64,000 nucleotides of DNA, taken from the NCBI RefSeq assembly GCF_965221945.1, contig NZ_OZ244925.1:3466091-3530090 (forward strand), written 5' to 3'. A program made the translations under genes and the position numbers. Source of the DNA: Candidatus Poriferisodalis sp. Lineage in GTDB: Bacteria; Actinomycetota; Acidimicrobiia; Acidimicrobiales; Poriferisodalaceae. The notes beneath the pieces were generated by a model. The model saw nothing but the letters and a program-made list of their open reading frames with translations. It made no database searches and was not told where the DNA came from. Below, in pieces: positions 44,499 to 54,517 of the stretch; the first letter of the stretch is position 1; every line of letters starts with the position of its first letter.

Positions 44499-47489
44499 CT
44501 CAGGAGCCTTCACGCTGCTGCTGCGCCCGATACGGATCTGCGAGCGAGCGTTCTGGTCTTCCCGCACCTTTTCCGTGGACTCCGCATCATCCGCGTAGCC
44601 GAGCGCAACCGGTGCGTCCGGTGCGTCCACGCCATTGACCTGCGGAACCTCGAAATCGGTGGTCTCCGGGTCGTTGGTGCTACCGGCAACAGTCGTGACA
44701 AGATCCCGCACCTGCGGCAGCAAGCCAGCGCTTGAAGTGGTCACGGTGTAGGTGACCTTGGTGGCCGGGTAACTGGCCGCAACCGTTGGTGCAACTGCAT
44801 CGCCCAGGTCGGAATCTGCCAAGTCCAAACCCTCCCGCACCTCATCGAGGATTGAGCCGGAGCTGTCGGCATCTTCGACTCCGGCCTTTTCGGCACGGTC
44901 GACTGTGGAGTTCAGCACGTCAGCCAGCAGTTCGGCGTCGGTGTGATCTTTGATGTAGGCGTTGAACGTGACCTGGATCGCAACCTTGCTTATGCCGCCA
45001 TTCAGCGAACTGGTTGACCACTCGTCGCTGCCCGCGTCCCTGTCGGCCTGCGGACCGCCGCCACGCACAAGAGTCGCAATAGCGAGTTCCATCTTGGTCG
45101 CAGCCGAACCGCACTTGCCTTCGTTGTCGCCGGTGATGGTGTCAGGGTCAGTGTCGACCTTCACCTCGAACATCGCATCGAAAGCGCTGTTGGCCTCAAG
45201 TTCAGCCGCCAGATCGCCGAATGTGGCCTTGCCGTTGATGAACCGCACGAACACGGTCCTGTCACGGCTGTTGACCCGAACATCGATGTCGAGATCCTTC
45301 TCGGCGTCGTAGGTGCTGGTCTTGTCGAACACAACCGACCACAGGTTGCCGACAGCACCTGCTGCGGCGCCGTCGGCCTTCGCAAGGATCCAGATGTCTG
45401 GTGCGTCGGTCGAGAGGTCACCGGTGGTTTCGGGATCGCCGTCGTCAGGCGGCGTTCCTGCGCCACCAGTCAGGCTGTGAGGCACCGCAGCCGCAGCTTG
45501 CTTGCTGTGGTTCAGGGTGCTCATCAGCACCGATGTGATGCGCGGGCTCGCCTGCGCCTTGATGGCCGTGAACGAGCGCTGCAGGTTCTTGTTCTCGTTC
45601 GGGGATGTGTCCACGATCGCACCAGCAGCAATGGTCACACGGTCACCGGCATCCAAGAACGCTGGTGTAGTGGTCGGGTCGCCGTCGTCGTCAACCGTTA
45701 CGAAGTTCAGGTCGCCGGCATCGTCGACGCCTGTGCCAACCACCGCTGCTTTGACGTTGGTTGACTTCGCGTTCCGGATCGTGATCTTGGCATTCGCGGC
45801 AAGCCTTGGGTCGTCCTTAGAGACGGTGACCTCTGCCGTCGAGCGGCCAGCAATCATGATGACGCTGATCGTCGGACGTGTCCGGTCAGCCGGCGGCGCA
45901 GCGATCGTCACCGATGTCGCACCGACCTTGCGCTGGTCAGCATCGGAACCGAGCTTCGCTCCGCTCACGATCGAGACGGTGTCGCCAGCCTTCAGCTTGC
46001 TCGACAGCTTCACCGTCACCGTGTCCGGGTCGCATGCGGTTCTGGCACCCGAGCCGTGGTAGACCGCGTCCAGTCGCGCTGGAGCGCCGTTGATCTCGAG
46101 AATGTCGCGAATCGCATCCTCCAAGTCGTCCTCGATGACGTTGTCGCTGAAGTACAAGACGATCTTGTCGTTTCCGACCTGAGGCGCGTCGTTCGCGTTC
46201 TTCTTCTTGTCCTCGTTGACATCCATGCGGTTGTCAGGCGTAATGGCATCGCTGGTGTCGGTATCGGTGTCGACGCCGCCATTGCCAATGCTGGCCGACA
46301 GGGCATCAGCCGAAGCTGCCGCTGCAAGCGCAGCGTCCATAACGCTCGAGCTCACCGCAGCGGTGCCGCCGATCGCCACGATGCTCAGGTTCAGCTTGTC
46401 GTCGCCGACTGTCTCGGGCGTGGCAGCCAGGTAGTCGCGCACCGCTGCGGGCAGTGTGTCGCCCACAATCAGCATCGGAACCAGGTCGCCGTCGTCATAA
46501 CCGGCGGAGGTGCTCGAAAGCACCGGTGCAGCTGCGACGCCGTCGGGCAGGCCGTCCTGGCTCACCAGCGCAACCGTGTCAGCTGACGTCGGCGCAAGGT
46601 CGTCCTTGCAGTCGCCGGTCAGCAGTCCGGCCAACTCGACCGAGGTGCCTGCTGGTGTGTCGCCAGCGATGCGGTCCACAGTGTCAACGCCAGCGTCGCT
46701 GAGCGCGTTGGCGATGTCGTCGGAGACGGCATCGGTGCCGCCCACGATCACGACGTGCTCGATGTCCTCAGCCTCAATGAAGTCCGCCGTCGCCATCGGC
46801 AGCTCTTCGGCTGCGGTCAGCAGCAACGGCAGCTGGAGACGGTGAGCGATCGGGCCGACCATCATGGCATCGACCAGCGACACGTCGCCGCCGTTCGTCA
46901 GCAATGCCGCCGGATCCTCGCCGCCGCACCATGCGGCGCCGCCGCCCAGCTCCGACGCTGCAGCAGCAGCGGTCGCGTAGCGGTCAGCGCCCTCGATGCG
47001 GGACACCGTGGGCTCATTGGCAAGGGCTTCGATGTCCTCTGCGACCTCGTCGGACACCGCTCCGGCGCCACCGAGGATGTAGACGGTTTGGACGCCGTAC
47101 TCCTCGATGAAGTCAGCCACGCCGCCGTGCAGGCTGTCGCCTGACGTCAGCAGAACCGGCGCATCCAAGAAGCCGGCAAGACCGGCAACCGACACGGCAT
47201 CGACCAGAGCAAGGCCCGACGCCACGAAGGCGGTCGGCACATTGCCGAGACCCTTGGCCTTGCCGAAGTTGTTGGCAAGGCGAAGCGCAGTGTCGTAACG
47301 ATCACGGCCGCCAAACTCACGGACAGCGTCCGTGGAGGCGTCGTCGTCGTGATCGACGAGCGCTTCGCCAGATGTGTTTGCGGCCTGTGCAGGAGAGCCC
47401 GCCACGACCGCGAGCACCGATGCCATGAGCATCGCCGCCAGGATCGCCGCCAGGGAACGCCTGCCGCGCCGCCTCTGAGTGGTAGTCAA
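44496..47489 (-). CDS. secreted cell-wall-binding (CWB2 x3) S-layer-type protein A
   Basis: TTG 47489 with GGGAG upstream. Signal peptide RRGRRSLAAILAAMLMASVLAVVAGSPAQA. Three GxDRYxTA...DA.S...LA....PVLLT...GG..AVS repeats. Ends SQIRIGRSSSVKAPE. Confidence 0.85.
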   Translation of the reverse strand: MTTTQRRRGRRSLAAILAAMLMASVLAVVAGSPAQAANTSGEALVDHDDDASTDAVREFGGRDRYDTALRLANNFGKAKGLGNVPTAFVASGLALVDAVSVAGLAGFLDAPVLLTSGDSLHGGVADFIEEYGVQTVYILGGAGAVSDEVAEDIEALANEPTVSRIEGADRYATAAAAASELGGGAAWCGGEDPAALLTNGGDVSLVDAMMVGPIAHRLQLPLLLTAAEELPMATADFIEAEDIEHVVIVGGTDAVSDDIANALSDAGVDTVDRIAGDTPAGTSVELAGLLTGDCKDDLAPTSADTVALVSQDGLPDGVAAAPVLSSTSAGYDDGDLVPMLIVGDTLPAAVRDYLAATPETVGDDKLNLSIVAIGGTAAVSSSVMDAALAAAASADALSASIGNGGVDTDTDTSDAITPDNRMDVNEDKKKNANDAPQVGNDKIVLYFSDNVIEDDLEDAIRDILEINGAPARLDAVYHGSGARTACDPDTVTVKLSSKLKAGDTVSIVSGAKLGSDADQRKVGATSVTIAAPPADRTRPTISVIMIAGRSTAEVTVSKDDPRLAANAKITIRNAKSTNVKAAVVGTGVDDAGDLNFVTVDDDGDPTTTPAFLDAGDRVTIAAGAIVDTSPNENKNLQRSFTAIKAQASPRITSVLMSTLNHSKQAAAAVPHSLTGGAGTPPDDGDPETTGDLSTDAPDIWILAKADGAAAGAVGNLWSVVFDKTSTYDAEKDLDIDVRVNSRDRTVFVRFINGKATFGDLAAELEANSAFDAMFEVKVDTDPDTITGDNEGKCGSAATKMELAIATLVRGGGPQADRDAGSDEWSTSSLNGGISKVAIQVTFNAYIKDHTDAELLADVLNSTVDRAEKAGVEDADSSGSILDEVREGLDLADSDLGDAVAPTVAASYPATKVTYTVTTSSAGLLPQVRDLVTTVAGSTNDPETTDFEVPQVNGVDAPDAPVALGYADDAESTEKVREDQNARSQIRIGRSSSVKAPE

Positions 47490-47565
47490 GGTTCTGTTTC
47501 TCCCTGTTCCACTCCAGAAGCGCCAAAACGGACCACGAAACGGCTCCAAAACACACGTGCAGGAC
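47490..47565 (-). promoter_or_regulatory. conserved 5' leader of S-layer gene A
   Basis: About 75 nt upstream of the TTG align with 54294-54370 (GGTTCTGTT.CTCCCTGTTC..CTCC...AAACGG.CCACGA.ACGG). Confidence 0.5.
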
Positions 47566-47782
47566 CCGGATTTGCGAAGCGGATCGAGGTTGTTCGCCGG
47601 GTAGTTGGGTGGGTTCTTTGGGACATGCCGGGGAACGCTGCGGGGAACCGTGCTGCTCGGGATCTGGGCGCGGCGGTCCCGTGCTGTTTTGGCCGGTTCG
47701 ATGTTCGGGGGTGTCCCGCCGGTCTGGCTTGTTTGACGGTTTAGGTTGCGTTTGGGGGTTGGGGCACGGGTAGTGTGCTGTC

Positions 47783-48439
47783 ATGGCTCGGAGGCGGTCG
47801 CTGGCACGCGAATGGATCGAGGCGCTGCCTGCGGGCGCGTTCTTCTTTGCGTCCGAGGTGCCCGGCGAGCCGGCTGCGGTCAAGCCCTTGCTGTCGCGTC
47901 TCGCGTCGGACCCAGGCCATGCGGTGCAGCGCCAGATGCGCGGCTTTTATTGCAAGCGGTGGGGCGACGAGCGGAAGGCTCCGTTCGTCGACAGGTCTCG
48001 CGGCGCGTTGAAGCTTGCCGGGCCCGGCGGGGGCGCGGCGGGTCTGTTCGCGGTGAACCGTGCCGGCTGGTCGTATCAGCATCCGTGCCGTTACGACTTC
48101 GCCGTGGTGGGACGCCCGCCGGTGTCGCCGTGGCCGACAGTCCGTTTCCGGCGCCGCAGCAACGTCCGCCGTGACGCGTTGTGCGCGTCGGAGGTGACGC
48201 TGCTCGAAGCCGTCCGGTATTTCGACCGCAGCGCCCCGATCCCGTGGGACGAAGCGGTGGCCGCAGTACGCGACGGGACGGTCGCACAGAGCCTGGCGCG
48301 CAGCGGCCCGCTGCGCCCGGAGGCGGTCTTGTGGGTCGCGCAGAGCGAGAACGGGATGCCGGCGCGGTTCCACGAACGCCTCGGCGAGGTCTGCGGCGCC
48401 TTGGCGGTCTCGGGCGGCGGCCGAGCGGACGTGCTTTGA
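47783..48439 (+). CDS. abiEi: AbiEi-type (type IV TA) antitoxin
   Basis: Size and position directly upstream of an AbiEii gene with TTGA overlap. N-terminal wHTH-like LAREWIEALPAGAFFFASEV. Confidence 0.65.
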   Translation: MARRRSLAREWIEALPAGAFFFASEVPGEPAAVKPLLSRLASDPGHAVQRQMRGFYCKRWGDERKAPFVDRSRGALKLAGPGGGAAGLFAVNRAGWSYQHPCRYDFAVVGRPPVSPWPTVRFRRRSNVRRDALCASEVTLLEAVRYFDRSAPIPWDEAVAAVRDGTVAQSLARSGPLRPEAVLWVAQSENGMPARFHERLGEVCGALAVSGGGRADVL

Positions 48440-49500
48440 GCGACGGCTCCGATCGTTCCGACGCGGCGCGCCGAGCTGCACTGCAGGCTCAGATCTCATC
48501 GAGCGAGCCAGACGGCGCAGCCTTCGGCGATGCACCGATGCCTCGGGCCGGCACCGGCTTCGCCGCCGATGTCGACGCGCTGCTCGGCGCAGCCAACGAA
48601 GCGCAGGACAAGACCGGGCTCGACACATCCCAGATCATCCATGACTACTGGCTCGTGCGGTCATTGCACGGCGTTGCCGCCAAGCTCGGCAGCGCCGGGG
48701 AGATGGCCCGCCGCAGCAACGACGGCCGGCGAACGCCCGTGGGCCGATGGGCGTTCGGCGGCGGGACCTCGCTGACCGCCGCCTGGCAGATCGGCGACCG
48801 CTACTCCCAGGACATCGACGGAAGCCTGTTCGTCGAGCACGACGGGATCAGCAAGAGCGTCAGGCACAGAACCTGCAAAGAGGTCCTCGACGCTGCCCTC
48901 GCAGCGATCGGCCCGTCCCAGCACATCACCAACGGCGCCCAGATCCGCACAACGCGCGTCTCGCTCGACGGCGTCGCCAACTACCTGAAGTTCGAGACCT
49001 CCATCCAGGACGTCGACAGCGAACTCGTGGCCAGCATCGTCGAGCCCAGACCGATCGCCTCGATCATCGCTCAGCACTGCGACAGCATCGACCCAGAGAG
49101 ATTCCCCGAGCTCGGAGGATTCGTGCTGCTGTGCGTCCGGCCCGCATGGACTGCGGCGAACAAGTTCGACGCATTGCACCGACGAGCCGCTCAGGGGAAC
49201 CTGAGCGGCATTCGGGACCGGGGCCGCGATCTGTACGACCTGTGGGCAATAGCGAGCTCGGAGCACGCGGACCATGTACGGAGCGAGGTGCGCTCATTGT
49301 GGGAGCGCGCCGCCTCAGCGATACGCGCGGCCGTACCGCGCCCCGACAGCGGCTACGGCAGCACCGAAGTGTTCACCAACGGGACCAGCGCCAACGAAGC
49401 GCTGCGAGCCGGCTACACCGACGCAGTGAACGACACCGTATGGGGCGACGCCCCCTCGTTCGCCGAAGCCCTCACCGCCGCCCGGCACCTCGACACATAG
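48436..49500 (+). CDS. abiEii: AbiEii/AbiGii nucleotidyltransferase toxin
   Basis: FGGGTSLTAAWQIGDRYSQDIDG is the family NTase motif. RDLYDLW near the C-terminus. The start is TTG 48436 or ATG 48538. Confidence 0.8.
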   Translation: MSDGSDRSDAARRAALQAQISSSEPDGAAFGDAPMPRAGTGFAADVDALLGAANEAQDKTGLDTSQIIHDYWLVRSLHGVAAKLGSAGEMARRSNDGRRTPVGRWAFGGGTSLTAAWQIGDRYSQDIDGSLFVEHDGISKSVRHRTCKEVLDAALAAIGPSQHITNGAQIRTTRVSLDGVANYLKFETSIQDVDSELVASIVEPRPIASIIAQHCDSIDPERFPELGGFVLLCVRPAWTAANKFDALHRRAAQGNLSGIRDRGRDLYDLWAIASSEHADHVRSEVRSLWERAASAIRAAVPRPDSGYGSTEVFTNGTSANEALRAGYTDAVNDTVWGDAPSFAEALTAARHLDT

Positions 49501-49561
49501 CCGCCGGGCGAGACAAGTCAGCAAGTGACGGGGGCTGTGGTGGTACGGCGGGCGAGGACGC

Positions 49562-49595
49562 GAAGAGCCCCGGGGCCGAAACCCCGGGGCTCTGG
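49562..49595 (-). repeat. 3' element copy 6, hairpin 2 only
   Basis: AGAGCCCCGGGGCCGAAACCCCGGGGCTCT joined directly to a truncated S-layer fragment. Confidence 0.85.
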
Positions 49596-49600
49596 TCTCA

Positions 49601-50055
49601 CTGACCGACTCCGTCTCGGGATCGTCGAGCACCCGGTTCGTGCCGCCGGCGACGTTCACGACATCGCGTGACTTGGGCAGCAGCGCTGCGTCCGTCACAC
49701 CGAGGTTGAACCCAAGCGTCCTCGAAGGCGTCTCGACGGTCACTTCCTCACCAGTGTTGGTGAATCTGTCTGCGCCGTCGCCAACGGGGGTCAAGGTCGT
49801 GCCCTCCTTACCGGTGTATGCCACACGGGCCGCAAGGCGCTCCGCAGCTGTCTCGGCGTCCGCCTCGTTGGTGTCGATCACGATGTCATTGCGTGCGAGC
49901 GTGTCGGCAAACACATCAGCGAACAAGCCAGAGTAGGCATCGTCCTCGCGGATCGTATCGACGAAGCCGTTGAAGTTGACCTCGAGCGCCACCTGTGTCA
50001 GTCCGGTGAACTCGCCGTCGGTCAACGCCGCGAACGGCGCGGGGTCTGCCGAGCC
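49601..50055 (-). pseudogene. promoterless internal/3' fragment of S-layer family (gene B type), C-terminal tail deleted
   Basis: GEFTGLTQVALEVNFNGFVDTIRED...LLPKSRDVVNVAGGTNRVLDDPETE parallels GEVTGRSTVGIETNFNGYVDMIHE...LPNERDVVTTAGGKDQIFKDDPDT of gene B. Confidence 0.7.
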
Positions 50056-50217
50056 GGTGTGCGTTGGGCCGACTGGTTGGCGTTCACCGCAGTCGGGCGC
50101 TATTGTTCGGACCACGAAGACCCACCGGCTAGCCGCCCTGTTCATCTGGGAGGCACGGCGGCCGGTTCTTTTGATCCCAGGGGCGCCTTGTGCGCCCCTG
50201 AATCTTTTGGCGGCCCA

Positions 50218-50835
50218 ATGTCGGTAGGTCCAGCTGCTCAGCGCTACCGGGTCCGCGTCTTTGTCGACTTCTGGAATTACGTGCTGGCGATGCGAGACAC
50301 CGAGCGCCTCTTCAGGACCGATTGGTCCAAGTTCGGGCCGCAAATGGCGCACGCAGCGATGCAGGCCTACGACCCAACGTCCGCGCATTCGTTTCAGGGA
50401 ATGGGCGTTCACGGCTCCTACAACCCTTCCACCGACCACAAGCTGCACCATTGGGCGACGACGGTGCTGGCTGGATTCCCAGGGGTCAGCGTGTCGTTCC
50501 TGAAACGGCACCGGCAGCACAACCCTCCGTCATGCCCTCGCTGCCACTCGCGTGTTGCTCAGTGTCCGGCCTGCAGCAGCGACATGCGCGGCACCGAGGA
50601 AAAGGGCGTCGATGTGCACATGGCGATCGAGATGATCAGCCTGGCGATGCAGGGGAGCTACGACATCGCCGTGCTGGTCTCGTCAGATCGCGACTTCATA
50701 CCAGTCGCGGAATTCCTCGACGCGAGGGGCATCGTGGTCGTTCACGCAGCGTTCGGCAGCCGCAGCGCGCAACTCACGCAGAGCTGCTGGACCAGTGTCG
50801 ACATCCCCCGGATACGCAACGGCTTCAAGCGCTAG
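50218..50835 (+). CDS. NYN domain protein with inserted zinc ribbon
   Basis: RVRVFVDFWNY, CPRCHSRVAQCPACSSDMRGTEEKGVDVHMAIEM, VLVSSDRDFIPV. Confidence 0.7.
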   Translation: MSVGPAAQRYRVRVFVDFWNYVLAMRDTERLFRTDWSKFGPQMAHAAMQAYDPTSAHSFQGMGVHGSYNPSTDHKLHHWATTVLAGFPGVSVSFLKRHRQHNPPSCPRCHSRVAQCPACSSDMRGTEEKGVDVHMAIEMISLAMQGSYDIAVLVSSDRDFIPVAEFLDARGIVVVHAAFGSRSAQLTQSCWTSVDIPRIRNGFKR

Positions 50836-51110
50836 CAAGCCCGACGAGACACAGCGCCGATGTTCAACTACTCGTGACCGAAGACACCGACCTGCTCCCG
50901 GCGGTCCGCGCACTTCGATCCTGCGTCCGACCAGCAGCGGTGTCATGTACCCGTTGCGGCCACCGGACCGCTGGAACCCACCGAGCGACGCCTAACCAGG
51001 GAGCGCCCGTCCGCCGACGCACCCACAGTTGCGCGACGGGCCAGTCAGCACCGCAACCGCACACCTCAGACTCGAACGTGCAGCCGAGCCCAGGCCCAGC
51101 CAGTGCCCTT

Positions 51111-51221
51111 GAGACGCGAGGAGCCCCGGGGCGCAAACCCCGGGGCTCCAAGTTGTTGGTCCTTACCGACCCGGTGGGCAGGCCACCAACCGGTTCAGGT
51201 CAACTGTGCGGCGAACTCCTA
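51111..51221 (-). repeat. two-hairpin 3' element, copy 7
   Basis: GGAGCCCCGGGGCGCAAACCCCGGGGCTCC (51120-51149), CCGGTGGGCAGGCCACCAACCGG, CAGGTCAACTG. It abuts the stop at 51219-51221. Confidence 0.9.
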
Positions 51222-54200
51222 GCTCTCCACTCCAGGTGCCGCGACTGAACTCGACTCGAAGATCCGCACCTGCGACGAAGCGTTGAGCTTCTCGTCCCGG
51301 CCGATAGCCGAATCAGCCTCAGCGGTGCCTGCCGCAGGCGATGGCGTGTCGGGATCGTCGATGAAGCCGGTCGCCACATCAACTACCCCGGCTGTCGCCA
51401 CCTCAGTCCTGTCGGTGTCGGGATCGTCCTTGAAGATCTGATCCTTGCCTCCAGCAGTGGTGACGACATCGCGTTCGTTGGGCAGCTGATCCACATCCGT
51501 CACCCACAGCCCATACCGCAACTGCGTCGTCGGCGTCGCAACGACGGGAGTAGACCCACCCGTGTCGGCGCCGCCACCGCTAGTCGTGAGCATCGTGCCG
51601 GTGACTTCCTCATAGGCAGTACGAGCTGCTGCCAACTCGGTAGCACTGGATGCACCGTCGTCGTCGGCGTCGAGGCTGACGTTGGTCCGATCGAGCGTTG
51701 CCGCGAACACATCGAAGAACAGGGCCGTCTCGTGGATCATGTCGACATAGCCGTTGAAGTTCGTCTCGATGCCTACCGTTGACCGACCTGTCACTTCGCC
51801 GTCCACGCGAGCCGACGTGACTACGTCTGCGGAGAAGTCGTCAACCTCACGGTCAACTTGGTGCTCGACCTGCCTGGTCAGATCAACGATCGACATCTTG
51901 TTGTTGACGCTCTTGCCGCATGGCTTGCTGGCGGTCACCTCAGTGGTGTTATTGAACGCCTCGAACATGCTGCTGAAGCCGCTGTGGTCGTTCAGTGCGG
52001 CGACGAAATCGTCGTAGTAGACGGTGCCGTCGTTGATCCGCGCGCTTACGACCTTGTCGCGGCTGTTGACTCGCACGTCGATGTCGATCTCGTTGTCCTT
52101 GTCCCAGGTGCTGGCCTTGTCGACGACGAAGCTCCAGTCGTTGCCGGCCGCGCCCGCCGCCGCGCCCTCGGGCAGCGCCGTGATCCACAGGTTCGAGCCT
52201 GCACCGGCAACCTCGTCCTTGATCTTGACTTCCATGTGACGGACGTGATGGACGTTGCTCATCCGCACCGAAGTGATCCTCGGATTCACGGGCGGCAGCA
52301 CTGCGGTTACCGAAACCGAACGGTTGCGGTTGCCCGCAGCGTCTTCGAACACGGCGTTCTTGACAGTGATGCGGTCCCGCCGCTCCAAGAGCATCTGCTC
52401 GCTGTCTTCATTTTCGCCGAGCAGCGCGGTGAAGCCAGTACTGATACTGCCCTCGATGCTCGCGATCTCGTTGTCGCCGCTGGCGTCGAGCACGATGTCG
52501 ATGATGGACTTGTCGTCGTCGCTGTCCGCGAACTCGAACATCCTGTTGCCTTTGCCGTCACGGGTGTTTTGCACGAAGTGACTTGGGTAGTAGTTCAGGT
52601 AGGCCGGGTCCGGCCTGTCGCTGACGTGCACCCTGAATCCCGGCTGTCCGACGAGCGCTTCGATGCTCACTGCGGGCCGTGTCGTGTCCGCCTCAGCCTG
52701 AACTGTCTCCGACGTCGGCACAACAGTCCGCTGATCCTCGGAATCACCGAGCTTGATGTTGGACGCAACGATGGAAACGGTGTCGCCGACCTTCAGCGAC
52801 GCACCCGCGAGCAATGTCACCTCGATCACGTCCAAAGCGCACCGGTCATCGCCGCCGCCCGCATGCCGGATCGGCTTGTGAGGCGTGGCGAAACCCGTCA
52901 CGTCGACATCGAGTTGGCCCAGTCGTGCCGGCACGCCGTTGATCTCGAGCAGGTCTCGGATCTTGGTCTCGACGTCATTCGTCGCGATGTCGTCGCTGAA
53001 GTGCAGCCAGAACTGCTGCCCCGGATCATCGGGAGCGACCTTTGCGGGGTTGCGCGCCGACAGCGGGTGCACCTCACTTTCGGAGCCGCTGATCTGGACT
53101 GTCAACTGGTCATCGGACTCAGCGATAGCCGTCGCGGCGTCCATCACGCTGTCACTCACCGCTGCGGTGCCGCCGATGGCGACAATGCTCAGGTTGATCT
53201 TGTTGCCGTTTTCGTACTCCGAAGGAGTGGTTGCAAGGTAATCCCGCACCGACGCTGGCAGCGTGTCTCCGACGACCAGGATCGGGACTAGGTCGCCGCT
53301 GTTGGCATACGTGCTCGACAGCACCGGCGCAGCGGTGATGCCGTCAGGCAGTGCGTCTCGGTGCACCAGCGCAACGGTGTCCTCGGATACCGGAGCGAGG
53401 TCGTCGCTGCAGTCGCCGGTCATCAGCTCAGCGAGGGCAACAGAGGTGGCCGCCGGAGTGTCGCCGGCAATGCGCGTCACTATGTCGACACCGCTGTCAG
53501 TGAGCGCTGCCTCGACGTCTTCGGAGACGCTGCCGGTGCCGCCCACGATCACGACCTGCTCGACATCCTCGGATTCGATGAAGTCTGTCGTGGCTGTCGG
53601 CATTTCGTCGGCTGCGGTCATCAGCACCGGCAGCTGCAGTCGGTGAGCGATCGGGCCGGCAATGACGGCATTGATCAACTCTTCGCTCTCGCCGCTCACC
53701 AGCAGCGCCGCGACCTCGTCGCCGCCGCACCAAGAAGCCGAACCTCCCAGCTGCGAGGCGATCGCAGCGGCGGTGGCATACCGGTCGGCGCCCTCGATGC
53801 GAGACACGTCGGGCTCGTTGGCAAGAGCCTCCATGTCCTCAAGGACCGAGTCGGCGACAGCTGCGCTGCCGCCCAGGACGTGGATTCTCTCCACGCCGTA
53901 GTCCTCGATGAAGTCGGCTACGCCGCCGTGCAGGCTGTCGGCCGGTGTCAACAGCACGGGGGCGTCCATGAAGCTCGCAAGGCCCGACACCGAAACGGCA
54001 TCGACCAGCGAGGAGCCCGAAGCGACGAATGCGGTCGAGATGCCGCCCAGGCCGCCGCGGCCCGTCGCGAAATTCTCTGCGAGGCGAAGTGCTGTGTCGT
54101 AACGATCACGGCCGCCGAACTCACGCACCATCGGCGTATCGGCGTCGTCGTCGTGATCTACGAGCGCTTCGCTAGATGTGTTTGCGGCTTGTGCAGGAGA

Positions 54201-54293
54201 GCCCGCCACGACCGCAAGCACCGATGCCATGAGCATCGCCGCCAGGATCGCCGCCAGGGAACGCCTGCCCCGCCGCTTATGAGTAGTGTTCAA
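51219..54293 (-). CDS. secreted cell-wall-binding (CWB2 x3) S-layer-type protein B
   Basis: TTG start. Signal peptide identical to protein A from RRGRRSLAAIL. Three CWB2 repeats. Divergent central and C-terminal regions. Ends SQVRIFESSSVAAPGVES. Confidence 0.85.
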   Translation of the reverse strand: MNTTHKRRGRRSLAAILAAMLMASVLAVVAGSPAQAANTSSEALVDHDDDADTPMVREFGGRDRYDTALRLAENFATGRGGLGGISTAFVASGSSLVDAVSVSGLASFMDAPVLLTPADSLHGGVADFIEDYGVERIHVLGGSAAVADSVLEDMEALANEPDVSRIEGADRYATAAAIASQLGGSASWCGGDEVAALLVSGESEELINAVIAGPIAHRLQLPVLMTAADEMPTATTDFIESEDVEQVVIVGGTGSVSEDVEAALTDSGVDIVTRIAGDTPAATSVALAELMTGDCSDDLAPVSEDTVALVHRDALPDGITAAPVLSSTYANSGDLVPILVVGDTLPASVRDYLATTPSEYENGNKINLSIVAIGGTAAVSDSVMDAATAIAESDDQLTVQISGSESEVHPLSARNPAKVAPDDPGQQFWLHFSDDIATNDVETKIRDLLEINGVPARLGQLDVDVTGFATPHKPIRHAGGGDDRCALDVIEVTLLAGASLKVGDTVSIVASNIKLGDSEDQRTVVPTSETVQAEADTTRPAVSIEALVGQPGFRVHVSDRPDPAYLNYYPSHFVQNTRDGKGNRMFEFADSDDDKSIIDIVLDASGDNEIASIEGSISTGFTALLGENEDSEQMLLERRDRITVKNAVFEDAAGNRNRSVSVTAVLPPVNPRITSVRMSNVHHVRHMEVKIKDEVAGAGSNLWITALPEGAAAGAAGNDWSFVVDKASTWDKDNEIDIDVRVNSRDKVVSARINDGTVYYDDFVAALNDHSGFSSMFEAFNNTTEVTASKPCGKSVNNKMSIVDLTRQVEHQVDREVDDFSADVVTSARVDGEVTGRSTVGIETNFNGYVDMIHETALFFDVFAATLDRTNVSLDADDDGASSATELAAARTAYEEVTGTMLTTSGGGADTGGSTPVVATPTTQLRYGLWVTDVDQLPNERDVVTTAGGKDQIFKDDPDTDRTEVATAGVVDVATGFIDDPDTPSPAAGTAEADSAIGRDEKLNASSQVRIFESSSVAAPGVES

Positions 54294-54370
54294 GGTTCTG
54301 TTGCTCCCTGTTCAGCTCCGACGGCCCGCAAACGGGCCACGAGACGGGTGCAAAGCACAGGTCTAGGACT
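54294..54370 (-). promoter_or_regulatory. conserved 5' leader of S-layer gene B
   Basis: Aligns with 47490-47565. GGGAGC SD upstream of the TTG. Confidence 0.5.
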
Positions 54371-54517
54371 CACAAACGCGAAGGCATTCGCGGGCGTTCC
54401 CCGACAAATGACCCGGGCCTTTTGAGGTCGGCTGGGGCACACTGCGGGGAACGGCGCAGCGCCGTGTTGCGACAGTCGGAGTCCGGTCGGCTCAGCGCGT
54501 GCTGTGCGTGGCTGCGG

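Noticed and set aside
49315-50520. 401-aa minus-strand ORF
   Set aside because: It is a chimeric read-through. Only 49601-50055 is S-layer-like. The rest is antisense to the abiEii 3' end and to the NYN gene.
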